Below, in pieces: positions 50,932-58,926 of a DNA stretch of 64,000 nt (positions within the stretch are counted from its first letter, which is position 1; every line of letters begins with the position of its first letter). The notes below the pieces were generated by a model. That model ran no database searches and was not told the origin of the DNA. It saw nothing but the letters and a program-made list of their open reading frames with translations. The translations under genes were made by a program, and so were the position numbers. The stretch comes from an uncultured Bacteroidales bacterium (GTDB taxonomy: Bacteria; Bacteroidota; Bacteroidia; Bacteroidales; F082): NCBI GenBank assembly GCA_900318265.1, contig ONKA01000002.1, forward strand, positions 78,818 through 142,817. The letters run 5' to 3'.

Positions 50932-50946
50932 TTTAGAGTTTAGAGT
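50919..50946 (+). repeat. second (GTTTAGA)n heptamer array, spanning the TonB-dependent receptor stop codon
   Basis: GTTTAGG TTTTA GTTTAGA GTTTAGA GT, followed directly by ATG 50947. It shares the 15-mer TAGTTTAGAGTTTAG with 13679-13693. Confidence 0.85.
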
Positions 50947-51231
50947 ATGGCATTTAAATACATTCTTATCGTATATCTCATCCTCATCAACCTTGTGGGC
51001 TTTTTCCTTTATGGCCTCGACAAGGCGAAGGCGAAGCGCAAGGGTGGCCGCATTCCTGAGCGGACTTTGCTTTGGGTGGCACGCATAGGCGGGGGAGCGG
51101 GCTGTTGGCTCGGCATGGTGCTCTTCAGGCATAAGACCAAGCATGTTCGCTTTAAGATTCTTGTCCCGCTTTGGACGATTGTTTGGGCAATAGGGGTGGC
51201 GCTGCTATTTTTGAAAATGCCGCAGCCATAG
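50947..51231 (+). CDS. DUF1294-family membrane protein
   Basis: ..GLDKAKAKRKGGRIPERTLLWVARIGGGAGCWLGMVLFRHKTKH.. is the characteristic DUF1294 core. Confidence 0.8.
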   Translation: MAFKYILIVYLILINLVGFFLYGLDKAKAKRKGGRIPERTLLWVARIGGGAGCWLGMVLFRHKTKHVRFKILVPLWTIVWAIGVALLFLKMPQP

Positions 51232-51373
51232 ATGCCCGTCCGCACATCAGCCAGCGTCGGATGACATAGCTGCTGGATCCAAGTGGGTGATAACGTGTTT
51301 GTTGCGCAATATTCTGAATGTGGTACGATTGTTGCAGGAAGAAAGGCAAACCTAACAAAAACAATTGAGCATT

Positions 51374-51571
51374 ATGTGGATCATCATCGCATCGATACTT
51401 GTGGCCCTGGTCATCATCGCCATCATGGTAATCAAAGCTACCGGACGTCCTATCATGAACAAACCCACCTGGAAGGGTGGGATCATCTCCTTCCTGGTGG
51501 GATTGCTTCCTGTCTATCTCCTGCTCTGCCTCTTCGGCGTCATGGGCGTGGAACGCGAGGAGGAGTTCTGA
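51374..51571 (+). CDS. small two-TM membrane protein, hypothetical
   Basis: MWIIIASILVALVIIAIMVIK..GGIISFLVGLLPVYLLLCLFGV... ATG chosen inside track ORF 51365..51571. Confidence 0.5.
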   Translation: MWIIIASILVALVIIAIMVIKATGRPIMNKPTWKGGIISFLVGLLPVYLLLCLFGVMGVEREEEF

Positions 51572-51574
51572 CGC

Positions 51575-52393
51575 TTACTTCAAATCGATGAAAGGCACTG
51601 AGTTGCCCAGCATGTACTGTGGCATCTTGCCATCCCATTTCTGTACGGCTTCATAGTTCACCAACTTGGGGTTGCTCTCCAAAGCAGCTGCCTTGATGCT
51701 CATGGCCTCGGCTTCGGCTTGGGCCTTGATTTTGGTTTGCTTGGCCTGCTCTTCCACTTGGATGGTGACGTTCTTGGCTTTCAAGGCATTCTGCTCAGCC
51801 ACCTGCTTCTCCTTGATGGCAGTCTCGAAGTCGTCGTCGAAGTCGATGTTGGTGATTTGGAATTGGACATTCATGAAATAGTTGCTGTCAAGAACCTCTC
51901 GGAGAGAAATCTCGATTTCGCGGCGTACGGCGTCACGGTTTTCAACGATTTCCGTTGCGGCAAAATTACCAAAGCTTTGTTTCATGGCCGAGCGGATGAA
52001 GGGCACTACGATACGGTTGTGGTAGTCGTCGCCCACGTTTTTCATCAGCTTGCTGACGTTTTCGCGCACCAGGTCGTAGTTGATGGTGTATTCAACCTCC
52101 GAGGTCTGCACGTCCTTAGTGTAGCTGTTTTCTTTGCCGTCAAACTTCTTCTGCTGCACATTCACGCGTTTGATGGTCTGGATGAATGGGATTTTCATGT
52201 GAAGGCCGTCCCCAATGACCTCGTCACTCATCTTGCCGAAGGTGGCGAGCACGCCGCGTTCCGTCGAGCGGATGGTGTAGAACGAGGAGAAGAACACTAG
52301 GATGGCGAAGAGTCCCACAATGCCCCAAACGATGTAACGTCCGATTTTCTTTTTGTTGGGGTTGATGTTGATGTTGGTGTAAGGTTGATTCAT
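51575..52393 (-). CDS. SPFH/band-7 (prohibitin-family) membrane protein
   Basis: MNQPYTNININ.. TM anchor, then ..YTIRSTERGVLATFGKMSDEVIGDGLHMKIPFIQTI.. and an A/E/Q-rich C-terminal coiled coil. Confidence 0.88.
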   Translation of the reverse strand: MNQPYTNININPNKKKIGRYIVWGIVGLFAILVFFSSFYTIRSTERGVLATFGKMSDEVIGDGLHMKIPFIQTIKRVNVQQKKFDGKENSYTKDVQTSEVEYTINYDLVRENVSKLMKNVGDDYHNRIVVPFIRSAMKQSFGNFAATEIVENRDAVRREIEISLREVLDSNYFMNVQFQITNIDFDDDFETAIKEKQVAEQNALKAKNVTIQVEEQAKQTKIKAQAEAEAMSIKAAALESNPKLVNYEAVQKWDGKMPQYMLGNSVPFIDLK

Positions 52394-52424
52394 GACTGTT
52401 TTGTTTTGACTTGATTTTGTTGGG

Positions 52425-52432
52425 CAAAAGTA
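52425..52432 (-). promoter_or_regulatory. -7 box TACTTTTG (SPFH gene)
   Basis: Plus strand reads CAAAAGTA, ~32 nt upstream of ATG 52393. Confidence 0.55.
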
Positions 52433-52482
52433 CACAATAATTTGAAATCTTGGCCTTTTTCAATTTGTGTCGGAAAATTGTT

Positions 52483-52490
52483 TATCTTTG
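52483..52490 (+). promoter_or_regulatory. -7 box TATCTTTG (ahcY)
   Basis: 39 nt before ATG 52529. Confidence 0.6.
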
Positions 52491-52528
52491 CCTTTTCATA
52501 CTATCACGAAAACAAAATACCTAAATCA

Positions 52529-53959
52529 ATGGATAACAGACTATTAGACAACAAATTGCCCTATTTGGTGGCCGACATGAACCTGGCTGCTTGGGGACGC
52601 AAGGAAATTGAAGTATCGGAACACGAAATGCCCGGCCTGATGTCGCTGCGCAAGAAATACGGCGACACGAAGCCGCTGAAGGGTGCCAAGATCATGGGCT
52701 CGCTGCACATGACCATCCAAACGGCATGCCTGATTGAGACTTTGGTCAAGTTGGGTGCCACGGTGCGCTGGTGCTCGTGCAATATTTATTCTACGCAAGA
52801 CCATGCCGCTGCGGCCATCGCCGAGACGGGTACCGCCGTCTTCGCTTGGAAAGGCGAGACGCTGGAAGACTATTGGTGGTGCACCAAACGCGCCATCACC
52901 TTCCCCGACGGCACGGGTCCGGACCTCATCGTGGACGATGGCGGCGATGCCACCTTGCTTATTCACAAGGGCTATGCCTGCGAAAATGACCCCAAACTCC
53001 TTGATGCACCTACGGGCAGCGAGGAAGAAAGGGCATTGATGAGTGTCATCAAGGCCACCTATAAAGAGAATCCTACCTTCTGGCATACGGTTGTGGCCGG
53101 ATGGAAGGGCGTTTCGGAAGAGACCACCACAGGCGTGCACCGTCTGTATCAGATGCACGAGCGCGGCGAGTTGCTGGTGCCCGCCATCAACGTGAACGAC
53201 TCGGTGACTAAGTCGAAATTCGACAACCTCTATGGCTGCCGCGAGTCTTTGGCCGACGGCATCAAGCGCGCCACAGACGTGATGATCGCAGGTAAGGTGG
53301 TCGTGGTGTGTGGCTATGGCGAAGTGGGTAAGGGCTGCTCGCACTCCATGAAGAGCTATGGCGCTCGTGTGCTCGTTACCGAAATCGACCCCATCTGCGC
53401 TCTGCAAGCCGCTATGGAAGGCTTCGAGGTCACCACGATGGAAGAGGCCGTCAAGGAAGGCAATATCTTTGTCACTACGACAGGTAACTGCGATGTGATC
53501 ACGCTGGAACACATCCTCAAGATGAAAGACCAGGCCATCGTGTGCAACATTGGCCACTTCGACAACGAAATCCAGGTGGATCGTCTCGAAAAGACCGAGC
53601 ATCTGAAGGAGAAGATTAACATCAAGCCGCAAGTCGACAAGTACGTCTTCGACGACGGTCACTGCATCTTCCTGTTGGCTTCGGGCCGTTTGGTCAACCT
53701 TGGTTGCGCTACGGGTCACGCCAGCTTCGTGATGAGTAATTCGTTCACCAACCAGACCTTGGCCCAGATGGATCTTTGGGAGAAACGCGGACAATACAAG
53801 GTTGGTGTGTACTGCCTGCCAAAGTATTTGGACGAGGAAGTGGCTCGTCTGCACCTCGAGAAAATTGGCGTGAAGCTCACCAAGCTCACGCAGAAGCAGG
53901 CCGACTACATCGGCGTGCCTGTTGAGGGTCCTTACAAGTCGGACATCTATCGTTATTGA
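52529..53959 (+). CDS. ahcY: adenosylhomocysteinase
   Basis: [38 protein letters not shown].., with NAD-binding motif ..[13 protein letters not shown]... Confidence 0.96.
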   Translation: MDNRLLDNKLPYLVADMNLAAWGRKEIEVSEHEMPGLMSLRKKYGDTKPLKGAKIMGSLHMTIQTACLIETLVKLGATVRWCSCNIYSTQDHAAAAIAETGTAVFAWKGETLEDYWWCTKRAITFPDGTGPDLIVDDGGDATLLIHKGYACENDPKLLDAPTGSEEERALMSVIKATYKENPTFWHTVVAGWKGVSEETTTGVHRLYQMHERGELLVPAINVNDSVTKSKFDNLYGCRESLADGIKRATDVMIAGKVVVVCGYGEVGKGCSHSMKSYGARVLVTEIDPICALQAAMEGFEVTTMEEAVKEGNIFVTTTGNCDVITLEHILKMKDQAIVCNIGHFDNEIQVDRLEKTEHLKEKINIKPQVDKYVFDDGHCIFLLASGRLVNLGCATGHASFVMSNSFTNQTLAQMDLWEKRGQYKVGVYCLPKYLDEEVARLHLEKIGVKLTKLTQKQADYIGVPVEGPYKSDIYRY

Positions 53960-53972
53960 TGGATCTCCTGTC

Positions 53973-55097
53973 ATGAGAATTGCGGTAAATACGCGCTTGT
54001 TGCTGAAAGACAAGCTGGAAGGCATCGGCTGGGTGGCCTACGAAACCTTGCGTCGCATGGTGAAGGACCACCCCGAAGTGGAGTTTTATTTCCTCTTCGA
54101 CCGAGAGCCCGACCCCATGTTTGTCTTTGGCGACAATGTGAAGCCCATAGTGTTGTTCCCGCAGGCAAGGCATCCCTTCCTGTTCATCTGGTTCTTCGAG
54201 TTCTCGGTGAAGAAGGCATTGAAGAAGCTCCAACCTGACTTGTTTTTCTCGCCCGACGGCTATCTGAGCCTTCGCTCCGATGTACCGCAAGTGGCTCAAT
54301 TTCACGACCTTAACTTCGAGCATTTCCCGAAGGACATGCCGAAGATTCATTTGTGGCACTACAAGAAGTTTTTTCCGAAGTTTGCCCGTAAGGCCAAGCG
54401 TATCGTGACGGTGTCGGAGTTCTCGAAGCAGGATATCGTGGAATGTTACGGCATTGAACCCGAGAAGATAGATGTTGCCTATAACGGTGTGAATGAAAAG
54501 TTTGCGCCTATTTCCGAGGAGGAACAAGATGCTATTCGAGCCAAATACACCGATGGTAATCCTTACTTTATGTTCGTCGGCTCGCTGCATCCGCGCAAGA
54601 ATTTGGCGCGTCTTTTCACGGCCTTCGACTTGTTCAAGGGGCAGACAACCTCTAATGTCAAATTGCTGATTGTAGGGGAGAAGCGTTGGTGGTCGGAGCC
54701 TATCGAGCAGGCCTACAGCCAGATGAGATTCAAGGACGAGGTGGTCTTTGCTGGCCGATTGAGTGCCGAAGACCTGCATTTGGTGACGGCATCGGCCTTG
54801 GCTTCGGTCTATGTGTCTTATTTCGAGGGCTTTGGAATTCCGATTTTGGAAGCGTTCAGGTGCGACACACCCGTCATTACCTCCAATGTGACTTCCATGC
54901 CCGAGGTGGCCGATGATGCGGCTTTGCTTGTCGATCCATTCAGTGAGGCCTCCATTGCCGAAGGCATGACGGAGATGCTCGACGAGAACGTACGTGAGTC
55001 TCTAATTGAGAAGGGCAGGGAACGCGCCAAAGACTTCTCATGGGACAAAGCTGCGGATGACATTTGGAACTCATTAATGAAAGCAATAAAAGAATAG
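53973..55097 (+). CDS. glycosyltransferase, GT4 (GT-B fold) family
   Basis: MRIAVNTRLLL.. and the C-terminal motif ..YFEGFGIPILEAFRCDTPVITSNVTSMPEV... Confidence 0.88.
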   Translation: MRIAVNTRLLLKDKLEGIGWVAYETLRRMVKDHPEVEFYFLFDREPDPMFVFGDNVKPIVLFPQARHPFLFIWFFEFSVKKALKKLQPDLFFSPDGYLSLRSDVPQVAQFHDLNFEHFPKDMPKIHLWHYKKFFPKFARKAKRIVTVSEFSKQDIVECYGIEPEKIDVAYNGVNEKFAPISEEEQDAIRAKYTDGNPYFMFVGSLHPRKNLARLFTAFDLFKGQTTSNVKLLIVGEKRWWSEPIEQAYSQMRFKDEVVFAGRLSAEDLHLVTASALASVYVSYFEGFGIPILEAFRCDTPVITSNVTSMPEVADDAALLVDPFSEASIAEGMTEMLDENVRESLIEKGRERAKDFSWDKAADDIWNSLMKAIKE

Positions 55098-55100
55098 AAT

Positions 55101-56471
55101 ATGGCTAAGATTATCATGTATCCTGGTGAAGCCAGAAAAGATGCCGTGGATTGGAAAGCTGTCCAAGGCCAACATATCACCGCTGTCAAACGTAACATTT
55201 TGGTGCTCGGCTCGGGTGGTCGCGAACATGCCTTGGCATGGAAGCTGGCCCAAGGCGAAGGTGCCCATGTCTTCATTGCACCAGGCAATGCTGGCACTGC
55301 CCAAGTGGGTGTCAATGTAGATGTGAAACCATCTGATTTTGAAGCTGTAAAGGACTTCTGCTTAAAGCAAGAGATTAACCTTGTTGTGGTCGGTCCGGAG
55401 CAGCCTCTGGTGGATGGTATCGTTGATTTCTTCAAGGGTGACGCCGAGTTGAGAGGGGTGAAGATCATCGGTCCCGACCAGCGTGGTGCACAACTCGAAG
55501 GCAGCAAAGCCTACGCCAAGGATTTCATGGAAAAGTATGGCGTGCCTACGGCAAAGTGCTTCAAGGTGAACAAGGACAACCTCAGTGAAGGAATCAAGTT
55601 CCTTGAGAGCGTGAAAGCCCCATACGTGCTGAAGGCCGACGGTCTAGCAGCAGGTAAGGGCGTGTTGATTCTCAATGATTTACAAGAGGCAAAAGACGAA
55701 CTCGGTAAGATGCTCGACGGCAAGTTTGGTGCGGCATCGGCCACAGTGGTCATCGAGGAGTTCCTCAAAGGCATCGAGGTGTCGGTCTTCGTTTTGACTG
55801 ACGGCGAGCATTATGTGCTGTTGCCCGAGGCCAAGGACTACAAGCGTATCGGCGATGGTGATCAAGGGCTGAACACAGGTGGCATGGGTGCTATCTCGCC
55901 AGTGCCTTTCTGCACACCTGATTTCTTGAATAAGGTGGAAGAACGCATCGTGAAGCCTACGCTCAAGGGCTTGAAAGCCGAAAGCATCGACTATAAAGGC
56001 TTCATTTTCTTGGGTTTGATGAACGATGGCGGCGACCCGTATGTGATTGAGTACAACGTTCGTATGGGCGATCCTGAGACCGAGGCCGTGATGACCCGCA
56101 TTGAGGGTGACTTTGCAGACATGCTCTTTGCTTGCGCCGACGGCCGCTTGAATGAAGTACATTATGCCAAGAGCGAAAAGACTGCGGTGACGGTGATGAT
56201 GGTATCGGGCGGCTATCCCGAGGCCTATAAGAAAGGCATGGTGATGAGCGGATTGGACAATCTGAAGGATGTCGTCGCTTTCCATGCTGGCACAGCCTTT
56301 GATGCCAATAAGAATGTAGTCACGGCTGGTGGCCGCGTCATTGCGGTGACTGCCCATGGCGACTCGATTGAAGAGGCGAGGGGCATCGCCTACCGTGAGG
56401 TGGAGAAGATCCGTTTCGAAGGCGTCAATTACCGCCATGACATTGGACTTGACTTGATGAGAATGCAATGA
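55101..56471 (+). CDS. purD: phosphoribosylamine--glycine ligase
   Basis: ..ILVLGSGGREHALAWKLAQ.. and an ATP-grasp body. The ORF has an unusual ~30-aa N-terminal extension. The true start may be TTG/GTG at about 55199-55204. Confidence 0.92.
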   Translation: MAKIIMYPGEARKDAVDWKAVQGQHITAVKRNILVLGSGGREHALAWKLAQGEGAHVFIAPGNAGTAQVGVNVDVKPSDFEAVKDFCLKQEINLVVVGPEQPLVDGIVDFFKGDAELRGVKIIGPDQRGAQLEGSKAYAKDFMEKYGVPTAKCFKVNKDNLSEGIKFLESVKAPYVLKADGLAAGKGVLILNDLQEAKDELGKMLDGKFGAASATVVIEEFLKGIEVSVFVLTDGEHYVLLPEAKDYKRIGDGDQGLNTGGMGAISPVPFCTPDFLNKVEERIVKPTLKGLKAESIDYKGFIFLGLMNDGGDPYVIEYNVRMGDPETEAVMTRIEGDFADMLFACADGRLNEVHYAKSEKTAVTVMMVSGGYPEAYKKGMVMSGLDNLKDVVAFHAGTAFDANKNVVTAGGRVIAVTAHGDSIEEARGIAYREVEKIRFEGVNYRHDIGLDLMRMQ

Positions 56472-57451
56472 TAAAGTTTTTCAGACAGAGCTATGCCATT
56501 CAGTATGTGGTGATTGCCTTGATGGCGATTGCCCTCTGGATTCCTGCTTTCTTGTCGGGCAAGGCAACCACGGGTTTGGATGAGCCGGTGACTCCGCTCT
56601 TCAACCTCATGGATAGGCTCCTTGGCTCTTCGTCCATCGCCCAACATGCCGTGGCTTTCGTGTTGTTGGTGCTTGAGACCTTGGTTTTCAATGCCATCGT
56701 GGTGAAACACCAGATTGTCGGCAAGGTCAGTACGATGGGGACCTTCGTCTTCGTCCTGCTAATGAGCCTCACGGTGACGCAGACCAACTTCTATCCGTTT
56801 GCTTTCTCGACGCTTTTCATCTTACTGACCATCGGAAACTTGTTTGACACCTATTTGTTGCCGAATCCCGAGATGAATCTGCTCAAGGCGGGAGCTTTTG
56901 TCGCATTGGCTTCGTTGTGCTATTTCCCTGCCATCTTGCTGATTCTGTGGGTAATCATCGTGCTTCCTGTCGCCAAAAAAGGCTCCTTGCGCCTGGAATT
57001 GATTCCGATTTTCGGCTTCCTGTTCGTCTACTTCGTGTATTTCGTCTGTATTTTCCTCTTTGGCGATTTTCAAGCCTTGTTGCTTGGTTATAAGGACTAC
57101 TTCACCGCCTTCCATTTCTCGGTGGAAGGGTTCGACTTGTGGAATATCATACTGTTAGTTCTACTGATCGTTCCAACAGCACTCATGCTTTTCGGTGGCA
57201 AGAACTCAGGCTTGGAAAAGACGGTGGCTGTGCGTACCAAGATATCCATGTCGCTGATACTCACTATTTTTGCTTTGTTGACTTTGTTCCTTGGCTCCAA
57301 CGTGTTGATGAATGGCTTACTCTTCATCGTGCTTTCCATCCTCGTTTCTTACACGTTCTCCTATATGAACAATACAGGGTGGGCCAATTTGTTCCTGACA
57401 CTTTTCATTATCTTGGTCTTTGCCAACCATTATTACTTCAAACTGCTGTAA
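56468..57451 (+). CDS. polytopic membrane protein, function unknown
   Basis: 327 aa with ~9 hydrophobic helices. Its start overlaps the purD stop (ATGA). Confidence 0.75.
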   Translation: MIKFFRQSYAIQYVVIALMAIALWIPAFLSGKATTGLDEPVTPLFNLMDRLLGSSSIAQHAVAFVLLVLETLVFNAIVVKHQIVGKVSTMGTFVFVLLMSLTVTQTNFYPFAFSTLFILLTIGNLFDTYLLPNPEMNLLKAGAFVALASLCYFPAILLILWVIIVLPVAKKGSLRLELIPIFGFLFVYFVYFVCIFLFGDFQALLLGYKDYFTAFHFSVEGFDLWNIILLVLLIVPTALMLFGGKNSGLEKTVAVRTKISMSLILTIFALLTLFLGSNVLMNGLLFIVLSILVSYTFSYMNNTGWANLFLTLFIILVFANHYYFKLL

Positions 57452-57454
57452 GCC

Positions 57455-58051
57455 ATGGGTTTGCTGACGCATTATTCGGATTTGATCGAGGCAGGCTGCG
57501 ACGAGGCCGGACGAGGTTGTCTGGCGGGTCCCGTGGTGGCTGCTGCCGTGATTTTGAAGAAGGATGTGGATTATCCTGAACTCAATGACTCAAAACAGCT
57601 AACGGAGAAGAAAAGGATGCAGTTGCGAGAGCTGGTCATGAAAGAGGCGCTGAGCTATGGCGTGGGCATCGTTACGGCACAAGAGATTGACGAAATCAAT
57701 ATTCTAAATGCTTCATTCTTAGCGATGCACAGGGCTTTAGATCAACTGACGCTTCAACCTGAATTACTGCTCATCGATGGCAACAGATTCAATCCATACA
57801 AGAAGTTGAAGCACGTTTGCATCGTGGGCGGTGACGCAAAGTACCAGTCCATCGCGGCAGCTTCCATCTTGGCCAAGACTACTAGGGATATGATGATGGA
57901 ACAATATGGCGAGCAATATCCCGTTTACAATTGGAAAAAGAACAAGGGCTATCCGACGAAGGAGCATAAACAAGCCATTGCCGACCATGGCACTACGCCA
58001 CTGCATCGCATGACTTTTAATATGGCTATTCAATTAAAGTTAGACTTTTGA
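57455..58051 (+). CDS. rnhB: ribonuclease HII
   Basis: ..[22 protein letters not shown].., ..LNDSKQL.., ..LIDGN... Confidence 0.95.
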   Translation: MGLLTHYSDLIEAGCDEAGRGCLAGPVVAAAVILKKDVDYPELNDSKQLTEKKRMQLRELVMKEALSYGVGIVTAQEIDEINILNASFLAMHRALDQLTLQPELLLIDGNRFNPYKKLKHVCIVGGDAKYQSIAAASILAKTTRDMMMEQYGEQYPVYNWKKNKGYPTKEHKQAIADHGTTPLHRMTFNMAIQLKLDF

Positions 58052-58074
58052 TAAGATAGCTTAAAAACAAGAAT

Positions 58075-58893
58075 ATGAAAAAGATAATCCATATCACATT
58101 GGCTCTCGTTTTACTACTTTCTAGCCTATGGATGAAGGCTCAGAATGTGGTGAGGGAAACGTGGAATGATGTGGATTTCAGCGACACAACCTTGGTTGAC
58201 TCTGAGTCTTTTCGAGTGCGGATGGTGAATGAACTGTACTTGAACACGATGACCGACGACTTGGCTCGTTTTGATAGTCTTTCGATCCAGAGCGTGGGAG
58301 TCCTGTTGGACAAAGCCAAAGTCAACATGAGGGTTTACGAGTTTATATTGGAGTTTATGTTGAATGGTTATACCAATCTTGGAAGAACGCAAGTTATTGA
58401 TTATCTATTAAATTATCCAATGTTATTTGAAGGAGAAGTTTCAATAGATGAAGGACTGCGATTGGATAGTATCACCGAGCCCTACCAACTGGTGAAGGTC
58501 GGAGCAAAAGCTCCAAATTTCACAGGTGTCACGATTGACGGTAAGGATTACGAACTGTATTCATCTTCAGCGGGAAGCACTATCGTTGTCTTTTGGTCAA
58601 CGGATTGCGAGTATTGTCATGATTTCCTGGTTCAGATTCGTAAACATCTTGATTTGCAGACTGAATATGAATTAGTTACGTTTGCATTGGCCGAGAATGA
58701 GGGAGAAGTGAAACAGGCAGTGAAAAAAATGCATCTGCCCGGATACCATTTCTATGATGAATTGCGTTGGGATAGTAAAGCCTTTCTGGATTATCACATC
58801 ACTTCCACGCCGACGGTGTTTGTCTTGGACAGAAACAAGACCATTGTCTGTAAACCTTACGATTGGCAAGACTTAAAGAATTGGTTGAAATAA
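58075..58893 (+). CDS. secreted thioredoxin-fold (TlpA/redoxin-like) protein
   Basis: Signal peptide MKKIIHITLALVLLLSSLWMKA. The C-terminal redoxin domain has a CxxC motif (VVFWSTDCEYCHDF). Confidence 0.8.
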   Translation: MKKIIHITLALVLLLSSLWMKAQNVVRETWNDVDFSDTTLVDSESFRVRMVNELYLNTMTDDLARFDSLSIQSVGVLLDKAKVNMRVYEFILEFMLNGYTNLGRTQVIDYLLNYPMLFEGEVSIDEGLRLDSITEPYQLVKVGAKAPNFTGVTIDGKDYELYSSSAGSTIVVFWSTDCEYCHDFLVQIRKHLDLQTEYELVTFALAENEGEVKQAVKKMHLPGYHFYDELRWDSKAFLDYHITSTPTVFVLDRNKTIVCKPYDWQDLKNWLK

Positions 58894-58926
58894 AATATTA
58901 TTTTCTATTGAATATAAATTAGTTAT

